Shown one piece after another: positions 34,220-46,897 of a stretch of DNA of 64,000 bases. Every line of letters begins with the position of its first letter. Position 1 is the first letter of the stretch. The notes under the pieces were generated by a model. The model was not told the origin of the DNA. It ran no database searches and worked only from the letters and a program-made list of their open reading frames with translations. The translations under genes and the position numbers were made by a program. The DNA comes from Schizosaccharomyces osmophilus (Eukaryota): positions 2,294,001-2,358,000 of the forward strand of contig NC_079239.1 in assembly GCF_027921745.1 (NCBI RefSeq). The letters run 5' to 3'.

Positions 34220-36681
34220 ATGCGCTTGGATTTTCAGGTATGTTTTAGTGATTGTCTCTTTGATGAAGGAGAGCAGAGAAGGAGATGATGATGTTAACGC
34301 TTGGGATGTAGAGAAAATTACTTTCCCACACAGAACGTGTGAAGGCGGTCGATTTTCACCCCACGGAGCCTTGGGTCCTGGCTTCGCATTATAATGGACA
34401 GGTTGCCATTTGGAATTATGCAACTCAGTCTCTCGTTCGAAGTTTTGAAATTAATGATGTTCCAATCCGCTCATGCTTGTTTATAGCTAGAAAAGGTTGG
34501 TTCGTTTGCGGTAGCGATGACTTTCAGCTTCGTGTATACAATTACAATACTGGCGAAAAGGTAACTCAATTCGAGGCTCATCCTGATTACATTCGGGCGC
34601 TGGCCGTCCATCCTACTCAGCCATTTGTCCTTTCTTGCTCCGATGATACAAAAATAAAGGCATTTAACTGGGAGAAAAATTGGAAATGCGTTCAGACTTT
34701 TGAAGGTCATTCTCGCTATGTCATGAGTCTCGCCATCAATCCTAAAGATACAAACACCTTTGCTTCTTGCTGCCTCGACGGAACCGTGAAAGTTTGGAAT
34801 TTTGGCTCTCCCGTTGCCAATTTTACCTTACAAGCACACGATCGTGTTGTCAACTATGTAAGCTATTACCCTGCTGGCGATAAACCATATTTAGTTACTT
34901 CAGGAGATGATAGGCTGATTAAGATATGGGATTACCAGACCAAGGCTTGTGTACGCGTCCTCGAGGGACACACAAACAATGTATCTTTTGCTGCTTTCCA
35001 TCCCAAGTTCCCTCTCATCATTTCAGGAGGTGAAGATGGCACTGTCAAAATCTGGCATACTCTTTCTTATTCACTCATTAAATCCTACAACTTCTCTTTA
35101 GATCGTGCTTGGTGTATAACACAACATAAGGAGAACGGCTTGATCTCGATAGGTTTTGATAATGGAATTATTACATTCTCTTTGGGCCGTGATGAGCCCT
35201 CTGTCACAATGGACACTTCCGGTAAAATTGTTTGGTGCGACTATAACGAAGTCATGTCTGCTATGATTCGCCCCGTAAAAGAACAAGTTGAGTTAAGTGA
35301 AGGCTCCCCCGTGGCTCTCTCCGTCAAAGAACTTGGTACTACCGAGTTATATCCTGCAACCCTCAAGCATTCTCCAAATGGTCGTTTCGTCTCCGTTTGT
35401 GGAAATGGCGATTATATTATTTATACTGCCCTTGCTTGGCGTAATAAAGCTTACGGTAAAGCTTTGGATTTTGCTTGGGGTTATGATTCTAATGTTTATG
35501 CCACTCGTGTCTCTGATCGCTCTATTGAGATTTTCAAAAATTCCAAACGCAGCTCCGTCTTAGATTTGTCTTATCCTTGTGACACCATTTTTGGTGGTTT
35601 TTTGTTGGGTGTTGCCGGCTCCGATTTTATTTGCTTTTATGATTGGGAAACTCATGCTTTAGCTAGAAAGATTGACGTGAAACCTCGTAATGTTTATTGG
35701 GATCCTGAGCACCGTTATGTCATTTTGGCTTGTTCTAACGAACTGTATCTATTGAATTTCAAATCTGAAGTTTTCTACGATGCTGTTGCTAACAATGTTG
35801 CTGATGAAGAAGAGGGTGTAGCTGATTCTTTTGAGGCTCTTGCTGATGTCCCTGACAGTGTAGTCAATGGTGAGTGGATTAATGACACATTCATTTATAC
35901 CACCAACAATGCTCGCTTAAACTACCTGATTGGTGATCAAACCTACAAAATTGCAAATGTTGAGCACAGCTTCTATTTACTGGGTTATGTCGCTCGTGAC
36001 GCTCGTATTTACTTGACAGACCGTGATATGAACGTCGTTAGTTACTCCTTCAACCTAGCGACTGTTCGGTATCAATCATTTGTATTAGCGGGAGAATTGG
36101 AAAATGCTCGTAACATGCTTGAAAACATCCCCGAAGCCGACCGTGAGCATCTTTCAGACTTTTTGGCCAAACAAGGGTATAAGGAGGCTGCCTTGGAGCT
36201 TTCTTCCGATAATGTTCAAAGGTTTGAGCTTGCTATTGAAGCCAAGCGATTGGACATTGCTGCTGAACTTGCTAGGTCATTTAACGACTCGTTGAAATGG
36301 CGTGCACTTGGAGATGCAGCTCTGAATGCATGGGATTTTGCACTTGCTCAGGAAAGTTTCGAAAAGGCTCAAGATTATGGATCTCTTTTATTGTTGTATA
36401 CTTCCAGCAATAATCAAGAAGGACTTAAAGAACTTTCGAAGCTCACAAGTGAATTAGGAATCAGCAACACTAGTTTTATCTGTTCATGGCTAACCAATCA
36501 GCCAGAAAAGTGCTTGGATGTTTTACGCTCGAGTCAAAGATATGCCGAAGCAAGCTTGTTTGCAAGTACGTTTAAGCCTGAAGAAGTTCAGAATGCATTG
36601 CCAGAATGGAAATCTGACTTGGTAGCAAAGCACAAGGAACGTATTGCTGAAGCTCTTGATGACTTGGAAATCAAAGATTAA
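34220..36681 (+). CDS. sec27: coatomer beta' subunit (intron 34238-34311)
   Basis: MRLDFQ/RKLLSHTERVKAVDFHPTEPW; WD40 repeats; YIIYTALAWRNK. Confidence 0.96.
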
Positions 36682-37203
36682 ATAAAGATTTTTGAACCGT
36701 ATTGATAATACCCTTTAAGTTCTTTTCATGAATGCTTTTAGTTGTGAGCCCATTGAATTACTTAAAAGCATCGGAAGATAAGTAATATAATTTAGACAAA
36801 TTCTTAATTTTCCTTTGAGACAATGCTTTAATGCCCAGATATGAAAGATTCGCACTTAAATAATTACTTATTGATGTTTCCATAAATCCGCTCTTTTTGA
36901 AAACTGAATATTTTACCTAAAAAAAAGTGAGACAGATTATTCCTTATTCTTTACTAGCTTTCTACAATAACACCGCAAGCCAAGAGTTTTCAAAATTCGT
37001 CAAGTCTTGTCTGAAGGTAGCGAAAATTTTTACCTTGCTTTTAATAATGTAAAACGTAGGTTTGTTGAAAACTATAAGGATTATTAAGAAGAAAAGTAGG
37101 CTCAAAAAAAACATTCATGTTCGTAGGAGTTACTGTATTTTTTTACGACAGGTAATATCATCTTAGCAACTGCCAATCCAACCTCAAGCAATGATTGTAC
37201 GCC

Positions 37204-38628
37204 ATGGATCTTAAATTAGTACCTTGGAGATCAAAAGAAGACTTTTTATTCTTAATGTCTTGCTTTTATAATGAAGGACAAGAAGAAATTCCAGACCCAA
37301 GCGCGTTATTTCGAGGTATAGAAATCGTTCAATCATGGTCGACACGAGGACGGATTCCTCATTCTATAGAGGCAACCGCACAATTGGCTTTGTCCCTTTT
37401 AAGTAGTGATGCTTCGCAGAAGCTCAGTTTGTCTTTGTCTATTTCAAGATTCGTCAGTGGTCTCTTAGATCCTATTCAGCAATCGCAATATGCAGTACCA
37501 ATGGCTATATTAGCAAAGTCGATTGATTTACCAACTTCCTTTGTTGAAATTCGCCATGCAATTACACACGAAGACCTCCCATCTTTACCTGTACTACGAC
37601 AAACCGCATATAGAGCTTTAGCTTGGCTTTACGATCACTATTGGATTCGTGCAGCAAATGCAAATTCTGGAATAGTTGATGATACAATGGAGGTTAATGA
37701 AACACACAAGAGTGATGTACAGAAGCGGGTGAGAGAGCTTTTGAAGAAGTGGAGATCCTGGAGAAAGGTGAATGTTTCTGCGAAGATGAATCAATCAGCT
37801 TCAGAACATCATTATATTCGTGAATTCGAGGGTATTTGTTCTGAAATTGTATCTATTAGCTTCTCTCGATTACCGTATATTCTTGCTTCCTTCGTAAGCG
37901 ATGAGCATGATCTAAATTTTGCGCTCGAGACTACAAATCTAGAGATTGTGGTATCATGTTTCTTAGAAAAGAAGGTTTTAGTACCTTCTAAGGCGACTAC
38001 TAATAACCTCTTTCCTAAAGCAATTAATTTATGGCTTCCTCTATTACAAACTATAGCTTCTAAACACTCCTTGTTCCTTCCTGCTTTACGAGCGATTTTG
38101 TGGTCTGAAATTAACGATGCTAGTCTAAATTATCAGAATTCTACGCTTTTTAGGGATGAAAGTGACGAAGATCACAAGGAAAGGAATTCAGCGTGCATGT
38201 ACCTAACCAACTGGTACATTTACATGATGAAGGCAGCATACAAATCAGAGCCTTGGGCGAATAGTATTTCAATTACGCAGATGGAATTAGCTTCATTACT
38301 GGAAGTGTGTATCCAACGAAGTGATCCATTTACTCGAGCCGTTATTAATGAATTATCACCTTTGGACAAGGAATTAGAAGAAAAATATGCACCGTTATGT
38401 CAATATCGGGGTGATGCAAAATTCGTCGGGTTTTCAAAGGAGGAAAACATCATCCCAGAAACGACTCTGGATCAAATGCAAGAAGATTTGAACCAACTAT
38501 CGTCCCGACTAACCTCCATAGCTGAGCCTGAGGAATCAAAATCTTCCGGTCTGCAAGCCTTTCGGAATCGCGTTTGGTATAAGCCGAAAGTTGAGCTCAC
38601 ACCCATTGGGCATTTTATTGTAGAGTGA
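37204..38628 (+). CDS. las1: Las1 pre-rRNA processing endonuclease
   Basis: VPW, RGRIPHSIEATAQL, FVEIRHAITHEDLPSL (HEPN RHxxTH). Confidence 0.92.
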   Translation: MDLKLVPWRSKEDFLFLMSCFYNEGQEEIPDPSALFRGIEIVQSWSTRGRIPHSIEATAQLALSLLSSDASQKLSLSLSISRFVSGLLDPIQQSQYAVPMAILAKSIDLPTSFVEIRHAITHEDLPSLPVLRQTAYRALAWLYDHYWIRAANANSGIVDDTMEVNETHKSDVQKRVRELLKKWRSWRKVNVSAKMNQSASEHHYIREFEGICSEIVSISFSRLPYILASFVSDEHDLNFALETTNLEIVVSCFLEKKVLVPSKATTNNLFPKAINLWLPLLQTIASKHSLFLPALRAILWSEINDASLNYQNSTLFRDESDEDHKERNSACMYLTNWYIYMMKAAYKSEPWANSISITQMELASLLEVCIQRSDPFTRAVINELSPLDKELEEKYAPLCQYRGDAKFVGFSKEENIIPETTLDQMQEDLNQLSSRLTSIAEPEESKSSGLQAFRNRVWYKPKVELTPIGHFIVE

Positions 38629-38765
38629 TACAGGATTATATATGGGTCATATAGAAACCTGTCTTACAAATTTTGGGATTAAAATAATCTTTTGGGTATA
38701 CTGGTTAAATGACATGGTAAAGTAGAAATTTACTAATTAAAATAAATAACAGACTTGTTTGTGTC

Positions 38766-39132
38766 TGTCACAGACGAAGTCTCACTTGTTATGAGAATAA
38801 GTATTCAGTGGAAAATATGTATGTAATAACAATTCAGTAAATGGTATATTTGGCTTAAATTGGATGCTGTGGTACTACTAAGATGAAATAGCAATAGCTT
38901 CCAGGGATCTGATTCACTAAGCAAGTAGTATGAACGATTTATTAAGCTAGATCAGTCGAATCTTCCAATCTGAAAATTTGACCTTTCAACTAGAGGTATA
39001 TTTATATATCTCTCTAGATTTTAATAAATTTCAATCGCAAAAATGGATTTTTACTTTTTGTAATAACGTATTTGATAATACAATACAATTATTGTATCAA
39101 AATACTAGTAATATCGAATACCAGTTATGGCA
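38766..39132 (-). mobile_element. solo LTR of the same family
   Basis: TGTCA...TGGCA ends; near-TSD GTGTC/ATGTC; R/U5 similar to the intact LTRs. Confidence 0.92.
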
Positions 39133-39331
39133 ATGTCTACATACATATAATATCTTGGTAAAAAGATAATGTAGCGACTAAGAACGCTTTGTACAAAACT
39201 ACTAGCCCTATTAGATTCTACGAAAATAATACAAATGCAAAATTCTCCAGAAAATAAAAACTGATTACATTCTCTTTTTTGATATGAGATCATGTATACA
39301 AAACTCGATTAAACCGTAATGTTTCCCTGGC

Positions 39332-39715
39332 TTACTCTTGGGAGCGAACCTTGGCACCAGCGTTGGTGACCTTAACACCCAAAGCACGAGCCTTTTCAAC
39401 GATATCAACACGCTTGCGAGCAGAGACGTTAGAAGCAATCTCGGCAGCGTAGGTCTTGTTGTGCATCAATAAAAGATCAACGTCAGCAACGTTACGGACG
39501 ACGAAAGCCTTCAAACCGTTGGGCATGCAGTATCTAGTCTTCTTGTTGTTACCGTAACCAATCTTGGGCATACGAATAACACCCTTGAAGCGGCGACGGA
39601 CACAGTTGTCAATACCTCTGGGCTTTCTCCATGACTCACCGACACGGTGGAAGCGGTCAGACTGATGGCGTCTGAAGGGCTTGGTATGCTTCTTGACAAT
39701 CTTAAGGGCAGCCAT
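39332..39715 (-). CDS. rpl32: 60S ribosomal protein L32
   Basis: [24 protein letters not shown]. Confidence 0.97.
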   Translation of the reverse strand: MAALKIVKKHTKPFRRHQSDRFHRVGESWRKPRGIDNCVRRRFKGVIRMPKIGYGNNKKTRYCMPNGLKAFVVRNVADVDLLLMHNKTYAAEIASNVSARKRVDIVEKARALGVKVTNAGAKVRSQE

Positions 39716-39775
39716 TCTGTCGACCTTGGTTGTTGTAGAGGAACTGAAATTTCACCTTTGGCGTACCGTAAATTT

Positions 39776-39783
39776 TGTGACTG
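39776..39783 (-). promoter_or_regulatory. HomolD box CAGTCACA
   Basis: Exact HomolD consensus about 60 nt upstream of the rpl32 ATG, typical of fission yeast ribosomal protein promoters. Confidence 0.85.
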
Positions 39784-40002
39784 CTCAAAACTTAGGTACG
39801 CTACACCTCGGTATATTCGATATGACATTTCAAAATAGTACCTTAGTAAATAATAATGGAATTAAACTAAACAAATTTCATTGCATGATCATTAACAGGT
39901 GTCCGTATCTTGGAATCCGATTAGCTCGTAGGTTCACGTCAAACAGTTTTCGGGAATGATGAAAAGAAGTCATAATTGTAACTTGTCATGACGGTATCGT
40001 TC

Positions 40003-41074
40003 CTATAATTCTTCCTCGAAATTCAAATGATCTTCGTAAAACCGGATGATGTGAAGAGGGCATTTATGGTGAACAATAACATTGTCATGAGTAGATTGTT
40101 GTCCATCTTTCCAATGAAGTTTCACAAGAATTTTGCCATTTTTTAACTTTTGTACAGTCTCCACCTTGTCCACCAAGTCCTCCCAACTCTTTATGTGGAA
40201 AGGAGGCTTAAAACCATTGGTTTTTCGCAGAGCAAGATATGAGTCAATAGTAGGAGATTTTGAGTGCAGTAGCGGAGATAACGAGGGCTCAATAACCGAA
40301 TTGTCTTCGTGTTTCTTCAACTTTGAGACAGATTTTCGTCGTTTACGAGAATATGTAGAGAATGGGGGTTGTAAATCATCGTCGTTTTTTATTCCTGATG
40401 ATGATCCTGATCGAATCACAGAACCTGCTTTCCGCTTGTTTCTCAACATGTTAATAGGAGGTTTCCCGCCTTTTTTCTTCCAAAATTGGTTCACTAACTC
40501 TTGACATCCGACACAATCTTCTTCTTCATTCCAAGTATTGTCTTCCGGATCATCGTATCCTTCCCATTTTAGATAATATTGATATCCAATTCCATTCTGT
40601 ACAGCGGGTTAGCTTATGACTCGAATGAATTCAACAAACCTTTTTCAGTCTAGCATCTAATACCGCTTCTACTATATATTCTTCTTCGTCAGACCCATCG
40701 GAACCTTCAGACTTTTCAGAGCCAAAGAGTGGTGAATTGGGGCTTGATGCAGACTCAACCTGCTCTGTTTCACTCTTTTTCTTTGTGTTCACCTTGTGCT
40801 CAAGAGGATCAGAGTCACTTGAAGCAGTAGATTCTGCCCTGTCAAAAGTAGATGGTATTATGCTTCCATCTTTTTCATGCTGAGAAGTAGCTGAATTAGC
40901 TGCTGGATCATCAAATTCGAAGATTTTGTCATCCTCTTCAGCATCAGCATTAGAGGAAAAAGATGCTGGATTATGTACCTCATCGTTAACGGCTTTAGCA
41001 TTCTTGTCTGAAGAGGCGGATTCACCTTTCATTATTAAATTACTCATTAAATTTAAGGATGCAGTTTTCACCAT
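40003..41074 (-). CDS. chp2: HP1-family chromodomain/chromoshadow protein Chp2 (intron 40597-40639)
   Basis: EYIVEAVLDARLKK/NGIGYQYYLKWEGYDDPEDNTW chromodomain; SWEDLVDKVETV..KCPLHIIRFYE shadow domain. Confidence 0.92.
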
Positions 41075-41948
41075 ATTATACAAAAAAATATTAAGTGCGT
41101 CAAAAACAATAAACGAGGAAGAAAGACATTCAGTTTCTAATATACATTCCAAAAGGTACTTTTGTATAGCGGTTCAAGGCGTGGAACACTGCTATAATAA
41201 AAGTATGGTTGACAGAAATGACAACGTTTCAAAAAACAAGGATTCTTCTTCTCTTCAATTCAAACATACAGCAACTATCAATTTGATAGGGAAATCCAGC
41301 TATATATTTTCTCCGAGTCTTTTCTTAAGCTGTAAAGTTTACCAAAGAGAAGGATTTTTGATTTTTGTACAAAACGGAAGTATTGATAACGAAGGTGAAA
41401 TCAGAGGAAGCGTATGAAGCGTTCAAATCATAACTTAGTAATTCCAGTCAGTACGATATTTTGTTTTGTTTGTTTTTTTTTTTTTTTTTTTTTCATAGCT
41501 AGTAAGTGCTTTTTATGTTGTTGCTTTATAAAATTTGAAAGTGTAGGTGATAAATCATTAATCACCTTTTTGAGGGAACAATCAGAGGAAGACGATGTAA
41601 ATCAATTTTTGATTAATCTACTTAATTATTCTATATACAGTTATTGTAAACGTATTTATGACAACAATAATCCAAAGTTCTGATTGTTAAAAAATTCAAA
41701 AAAAAAAAAAAAAAGTAATCATGAGGGTAAAAGTATTATAGTAGGCATGCAGACTAATCTAGTTTGCATAATAGGAAATCTTCATGAATCTAGATTCGAC
41801 TATTAAACAAGGCTTCAACAAAGCCTTGTTCAAATCGTCACTTATTAATAAAACGAAACGATATAGAGTTTTATAGAGGTTTCAGAAAATGCACCAGTCA
41901 AATTGAAATGAGAGTATAATTAGCAGCCTTCTCATTTGAATGGCCATT

Positions 41949-44309
41949 TTATTTTTGATACTGGAAAACCCAGCTCTCAAGCCATTTACGACGAAGCCAT
42001 TCAGGGACACTTAAACTAACATCACCATAGGTCATAGGGGCGAAGAAAATAAAACAATAGCCAAGGATAGCGGCTAGAACAAGAGAGAACAGAGCCTGGA
42101 AAATATAACCCTTTCTCCTAACAGACTTGGCATAACCATGGCTGTCAACATCCGCTGGCTGCTGAACTCCTGGTGATATTGGTAGTCTGAAAGATTTCAT
42201 GCAAGCTAATTGAATAAAAGCACCACATAACATAGCACCCGCAACCTGGGCAGGTAAGTAGTGATGCAAAAACAATTGCCGTCCCATAAGATAAAAAGGA
42301 ATGTAATGGAACATATACGTGGCGTAAAAGAACATTATCGAGCGATAGAAATGATTGCGAACGCTGGGAAGCAACGTAACTATTCCACGTTGGTGCAACA
42401 GCATCTCTGCGCTTGCAACTACAGTAGTAGTTATGACAATACCACCGATTAACCACCAACCAATGGGATTTCCAAGAAGGTAAATTTGCTTATTCTCTTC
42501 ATTCTTTGCCCAGAAGGCAATGCCATGATGGAGTGTGAACCAATCTGAAGGAGTAGAGCTATAAGGATGAGATTCTGTTAACAGATTATTTTGACGGAAC
42601 ATGACAAGTTGAAGCTCAATATACTTTTTGAAGAAAGAAAGCTTCTTAGGTACGCGTCTTTCTTTGTTGACTCTCTCTTCGGGTAAGCCGACGATATCAT
42701 CGAACATCCAAAAAATAGGACCAGATAGGATATTTTTAGCACCGTTTATTTCCTGCTGGCTAAATCCCCAGTCAGGAAGCGGCTTAGGATCAGACCACAT
42801 AGCTACATTAGTAAGCTTATGAATTAGCTTAAAGCTCATAGCCTTGGTGAAAATTTGTCGATCATGGGACACTTCATCACTTATCAAAAGTTGGAACAAA
42901 GTAAGTTCGTGTTTTTCGTCTGCAGATTCATCTACGGAAACTGTGGTAAACTCTTCATTCGTAGGATTATAAGGAGAAGCTACATCATGGGTGACCAAGT
43001 CCGTATTCGTGCCTACATGGTGTAACTTGATATAGTCAGTGTTCTTTACAGGCATGTTCGGCTTGTATTTTGACTCAGCATAGTGATCGTGAGGCAAGAT
43101 CATCCAGTAGTTATTGTCATCTTCGAAGGGGTAACCAGTGACCTGCTGACCGCCGGAAGAAACACGGCCGTCATCATAAGGAATAGGGTATCTGTCAAGA
43201 TGAGAATGAAGGAATGCATTTGTTCCCATATGCTTGATTGTAACAACGTCGTAGTAATTAACACCAGTGGCATTAGCAGAAATTGGGTTTTCATCAAGAG
43301 TTTCCTGAAATTGTAAAGACATAAAAGAGTCACCAGGACCGCTAGTTGTCAAGAGTTGAAAATGCAAAAAGAACCAAAAGAGATAAAGAGCAAAAGGAAA
43401 TACAATCAAGCAAAAAAAGCGTGCCAAGAAATGGCTAGCAAATCGGTGTATGGGAAGACCGGTTTTAATATCCCAAAGATACCACAGCTCCAAGCACACG
43501 CTTAAGCCTATGGACAAAAAGGTAAACAATCCAACGTATTTTGTGCTTATAGTACAAGAAAGGCATACACCAGTAAGGAAGAGCCAGCTCCACCAAGCTC
43601 GGGAAAAGGGAGAATGACGAAGCTTGAAGAAGCGAATGTAACAGTATACGGCAGCGATCATGGAAAATATCAAGGTAGCATCCAAAAGAATCAAACGGCC
43701 TTCCGTTACATGAGCATTATCAAAAAGAACCAAACAAGCAGAGATCAAGCAAGTCCAAAGTTCATAGCCAGATTCCTTCATGGTCAAAAAGACAAGAGGA
43801 GGAACAAAAGAACTTAAGAGAGCTGGCCAAGCACGGATAGCGACATAAGGAACACCATAATCTTTGTAGTTATCACCAATGTTGTCAAAAAGATAGTGAC
43901 CATCGTAGCCAGCAAGCCAAGCTACAAAGGCCAAGACGAGCTTGGCGAAGGGAGGATGAAGGTCAAAAAAGTACTTTCCTTGTAAGTAATAGCTTGCAAA
44001 CTTGCCAAAGTGGACTTCATCAAAAACAACTTCATTAGGAATATGAAGTTTCCAAAACCTGGTCAAAAAAGAAATGATAACAATCAAATATTGAGCCAAT
44101 TTGAACAAAAATGTATTTTTGGAAGAGCCAGAAGATGAAACGGTACGCGGCTTACTCGATGATTTTTCTTTTTCAGGCAAAGGAGAAGAAGAAGCAGAAG
44201 GATAAGGAGAGGGAGTTTGAGATGGAGAAGAAGGTCTGCTAGTCGATCCCTTTTGCTTGGATGACTTTTGATTTTTCTTTCCCGACTTTTCACTAACTGT
44301 CGGTCTCAT
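41949..44309 (-). CDS. ogm4: protein O-mannosyltransferase, PMT4 subfamily
   Basis: VVFDEVHFGKFASYY, MIR domains, GRQLFLHHYLPA. Confidence 0.95.
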   Translation of the reverse strand: MRPTVSEKSGKKNQKSSKQKGSTSRPSSPSQTPSPYPSASSSPLPEKEKSSSKPRTVSSSGSSKNTFLFKLAQYLIVIISFLTRFWKLHIPNEVVFDEVHFGKFASYYLQGKYFFDLHPPFAKLVLAFVAWLAGYDGHYLFDNIGDNYKDYGVPYVAIRAWPALLSSFVPPLVFLTMKESGYELWTCLISACLVLFDNAHVTEGRLILLDATLIFSMIAAVYCYIRFFKLRHSPFSRAWWSWLFLTGVCLSCTISTKYVGLFTFLSIGLSVCLELWYLWDIKTGLPIHRFASHFLARFFCLIVFPFALYLFWFFLHFQLLTTSGPGDSFMSLQFQETLDENPISANATGVNYYDVVTIKHMGTNAFLHSHLDRYPIPYDDGRVSSGGQQVTGYPFEDDNNYWMILPHDHYAESKYKPNMPVKNTDYIKLHHVGTNTDLVTHDVASPYNPTNEEFTTVSVDESADEKHELTLFQLLISDEVSHDRQIFTKAMSFKLIHKLTNVAMWSDPKPLPDWGFSQQEINGAKNILSGPIFWMFDDIVGLPEERVNKERRVPKKLSFFKKYIELQLVMFRQNNLLTESHPYSSTPSDWFTLHHGIAFWAKNEENKQIYLLGNPIGWWLIGGIVITTTVVASAEMLLHQRGIVTLLPSVRNHFYRSIMFFYATYMFHYIPFYLMGRQLFLHHYLPAQVAGAMLCGAFIQLACMKSFRLPISPGVQQPADVDSHGYAKSVRRKGYIFQALFSLVLAAILGYCFIFFAPMTYGDVSLSVPEWLRRKWLESWVFQYQK

Positions 44310-45416
44310 TGCTTATGATTAATGGAGAGAGAGGTAGAGAGAGAGACACACACACACACACAAAACGCGGCTGAAATCAAGAAATTGGTCTTGGAAAGTT
44401 TTTTAGTGACAAATATAGGACATCTATAAGGAAGAGGAAAGGAAGAGGAAAGCTCCTTTTGCTGTTTGACAGAGTTTGTTGCCCTAGGAAGAAACAAAGA
44501 AAACCTGGGTAATCCTACTGTTAGAACAAAGAAAAGGTATAGGATAGTGATAGCTAGCGTAGTATTGTTTTCACAGAAAGAATAATGAAAGGGAAAGGAA
44601 AGAGAAAAGGAATCTTTTTTTTTTTTAACTTTATAACTTTTTAAGAAAGAAAGCAGAAAAGGGGAGAAGAATTGGCTTCATTCAATGAGATGAAGCGAAT
44701 CCCATGGTTCTATTGTGTGCCCTTCCATCAATACACGGTAGGTAGATGAGCTCCATGTAGGAGGCATTCCATGAAGTCCTTTCAATACTTCTAATTCCTT
44801 TCCTTTGAGTTCTGAATTGAGTATAGAAGCCTATGCTCTTAGTGTGAAGGAGTGCATTTGCGAATACCTATGTCCTTTCATTCTTAACACAAGCGTTCTG
44901 AAATAGCAATGCTATTGTCTTGTGGATCCATAGAATAGAGTCTCTTTTAATTGATGTTTGCCCTTTTTTTCTTTATTTATTTTTTGATTATTATACTTTT
45001 GTTTGTTTACATATACGACCCCCAACGCAGTGTACTATCACAACTACCGAAGTAGTACGCAATATGAAAAACCAACAACGAAAAGTAAAACATCACGGTA
45101 TCCTGAAAATATGTAATTTTGAGGAAAAAATACAGTGGAAAATGAGAAACCTGTTTAAAAGAAAACTAAATTTGGAAAGAATGTTGATTTTTTGAGTGGT
45201 CGCAATGAAATCGCTGAATAATTTTCTGTAGCCAATGTTAACCTTGGCGATTGTATCCAGTAGTGGTTTACAGAGTCACTTCGTCACTTGTGCTCTGTCA
45301 ATAGATTCCTGCCAACTACCCATCTCTTGTTTGCAGCAGCCACCTTATTTCGTAAGGAAAAGAAGCAAAGAAAAAGCGAATATGTGTATTAACATAGCAT
45401 TAGATTCTTGAGCAGC

Positions 45417-46395
45417 ATGTCTTTTTTGAAAAATATCTTCAGTTCCTCTCTCTTTACTCCGATTGCAGCAGAAGCGGAAGCTTCGGACATTCCTAATCGT
45501 AAAGAATTCAATGAACAAGTCCCTTCTAAGAAAGATTTTGATACCCAGAATCCAGAGGATTCTCCCATGGAAACCACTAAGTCTAGGGTCGCTCGGGAAG
45601 AAAACTTGAAATTGAAGGATCAAGGTATGTGGACAAATATCGGTAATTTGGATCGCTTGAATGGTGATGTACCATCCAATAGGAAATCAATTGTTGGATT
45701 GATTTCATTCCGTAGCAAAACGGGGTTCCTTTTTTATTTTATTTTTTCACGAGCTCCTTATGCACTGATCACAACGGACATGCATTACTGACAATCTCTT
45801 TTTAGAACAAATGACCAATGTGGAAGAATCCAAACAAAGTGTTATCTCTGGTAACGAACAAAAGGAGGAACCAAAAGGTGGGTGATGCCTTGTTTCCAAT
45901 TGACAGAAAACTAACGGGATGGAATTAGAAACTCCTCAAGAAGAAGAAGAACAAAAGCCTTCCGAGGAAGCCCCCCAAGAAGTTGCCGAGACCAGCCAAC
46001 CTCAACCTGAACAGGGTGAGCAAGAGCAAGAACAACCCGAGCAAGAACAAGAACAAGAACAACCTGAGGAAGAAGAAGAAGAAGAGGAAGAAGAACTTGT
46101 TGATCCTTTGGATACCAAGATTGAAGGTAAGCTCTTTTGCTAAATATTAAAGTCAAATGGATGACTAAATTAACAAAAAAATCTACACCATTTATTTCAT
46201 ACTAACGAATTCAAAGAATGTAAGGAGGCTCCCGTGTGCCATGAAGCTAAGCACCATTTCGATGAATGTACTACCCGTGTCACAGAAAAATTGGAAAAGG
46301 GTGACAACTCTGAAGACTGTTTAGAAGAATTCTTCCACCTTTACCACTGTGCTCGTGATTGTGCTGATCCCCAGATTTTCAAGCAGCTTGTTTAA
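45417..46395 (+). CDS. qcr6: cytochrome bc1 hinge subunit Qcr6 with long acidic N-terminus (about 4 exons)
   Basis: Glu-rich region, LVDPLD; last exon CHEAKHHFDECTTRV..EDCLEEFFHLYHCARDC. Confidence 0.88.
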
Positions 46396-46897
46396 AGCGC
46401 CTTTTTTTGGGGTTTTTCCCTAATGTCTTTCTTTTCATAATTTTCCCCATCTTTGAGCGTTGTGCAGTTTGTGTGGTTGACCCAATGTGTCTTGTTTTTC
46501 CCGTCTGTTTCACGTTTATGTTTATAAAGACGTAACTTAACCATGTCTTGAATCTCATAAACTTGAGTCTGTAAAGGAGCGGATACTTTGTGCTTTCCTC
46601 CCTCCATAGTCCTTGTACGAAGAGTATCCTTTCCTTGTATGTTGGAAGCTCCTCCTTCGTACCGAAACACAAAAAGAAAATAATCATCGCCTTTTGAATC
46701 ATCAAAATCCATTCTCGTGGAATGTATTTCATTCTTCTATTGATTGTAAATTCATATTCAACTTTTTTTCTGTATAGTTTTCGTATTCAAATTGAATTAT
46801 TAATTTCCGCTTACCGCATTGAACCGTACTACGCAATTTGCTCTTCAATTGGTATTATTGAGGTATGTCGAACGAATTCCATCCTTCACCAACTACA

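Noticed and set aside
41806..41830. 10-bp inverted repeat AACAAGGCTT-N5-AAGCCTTGTT downstream of ogm4
   Set aside because: Isolated short hairpin, plausible by chance in 64 kb
45934..46095. GAA/CAA-rich repeats
   Set aside because: Coding sequence of the acidic Qcr6 N-terminus
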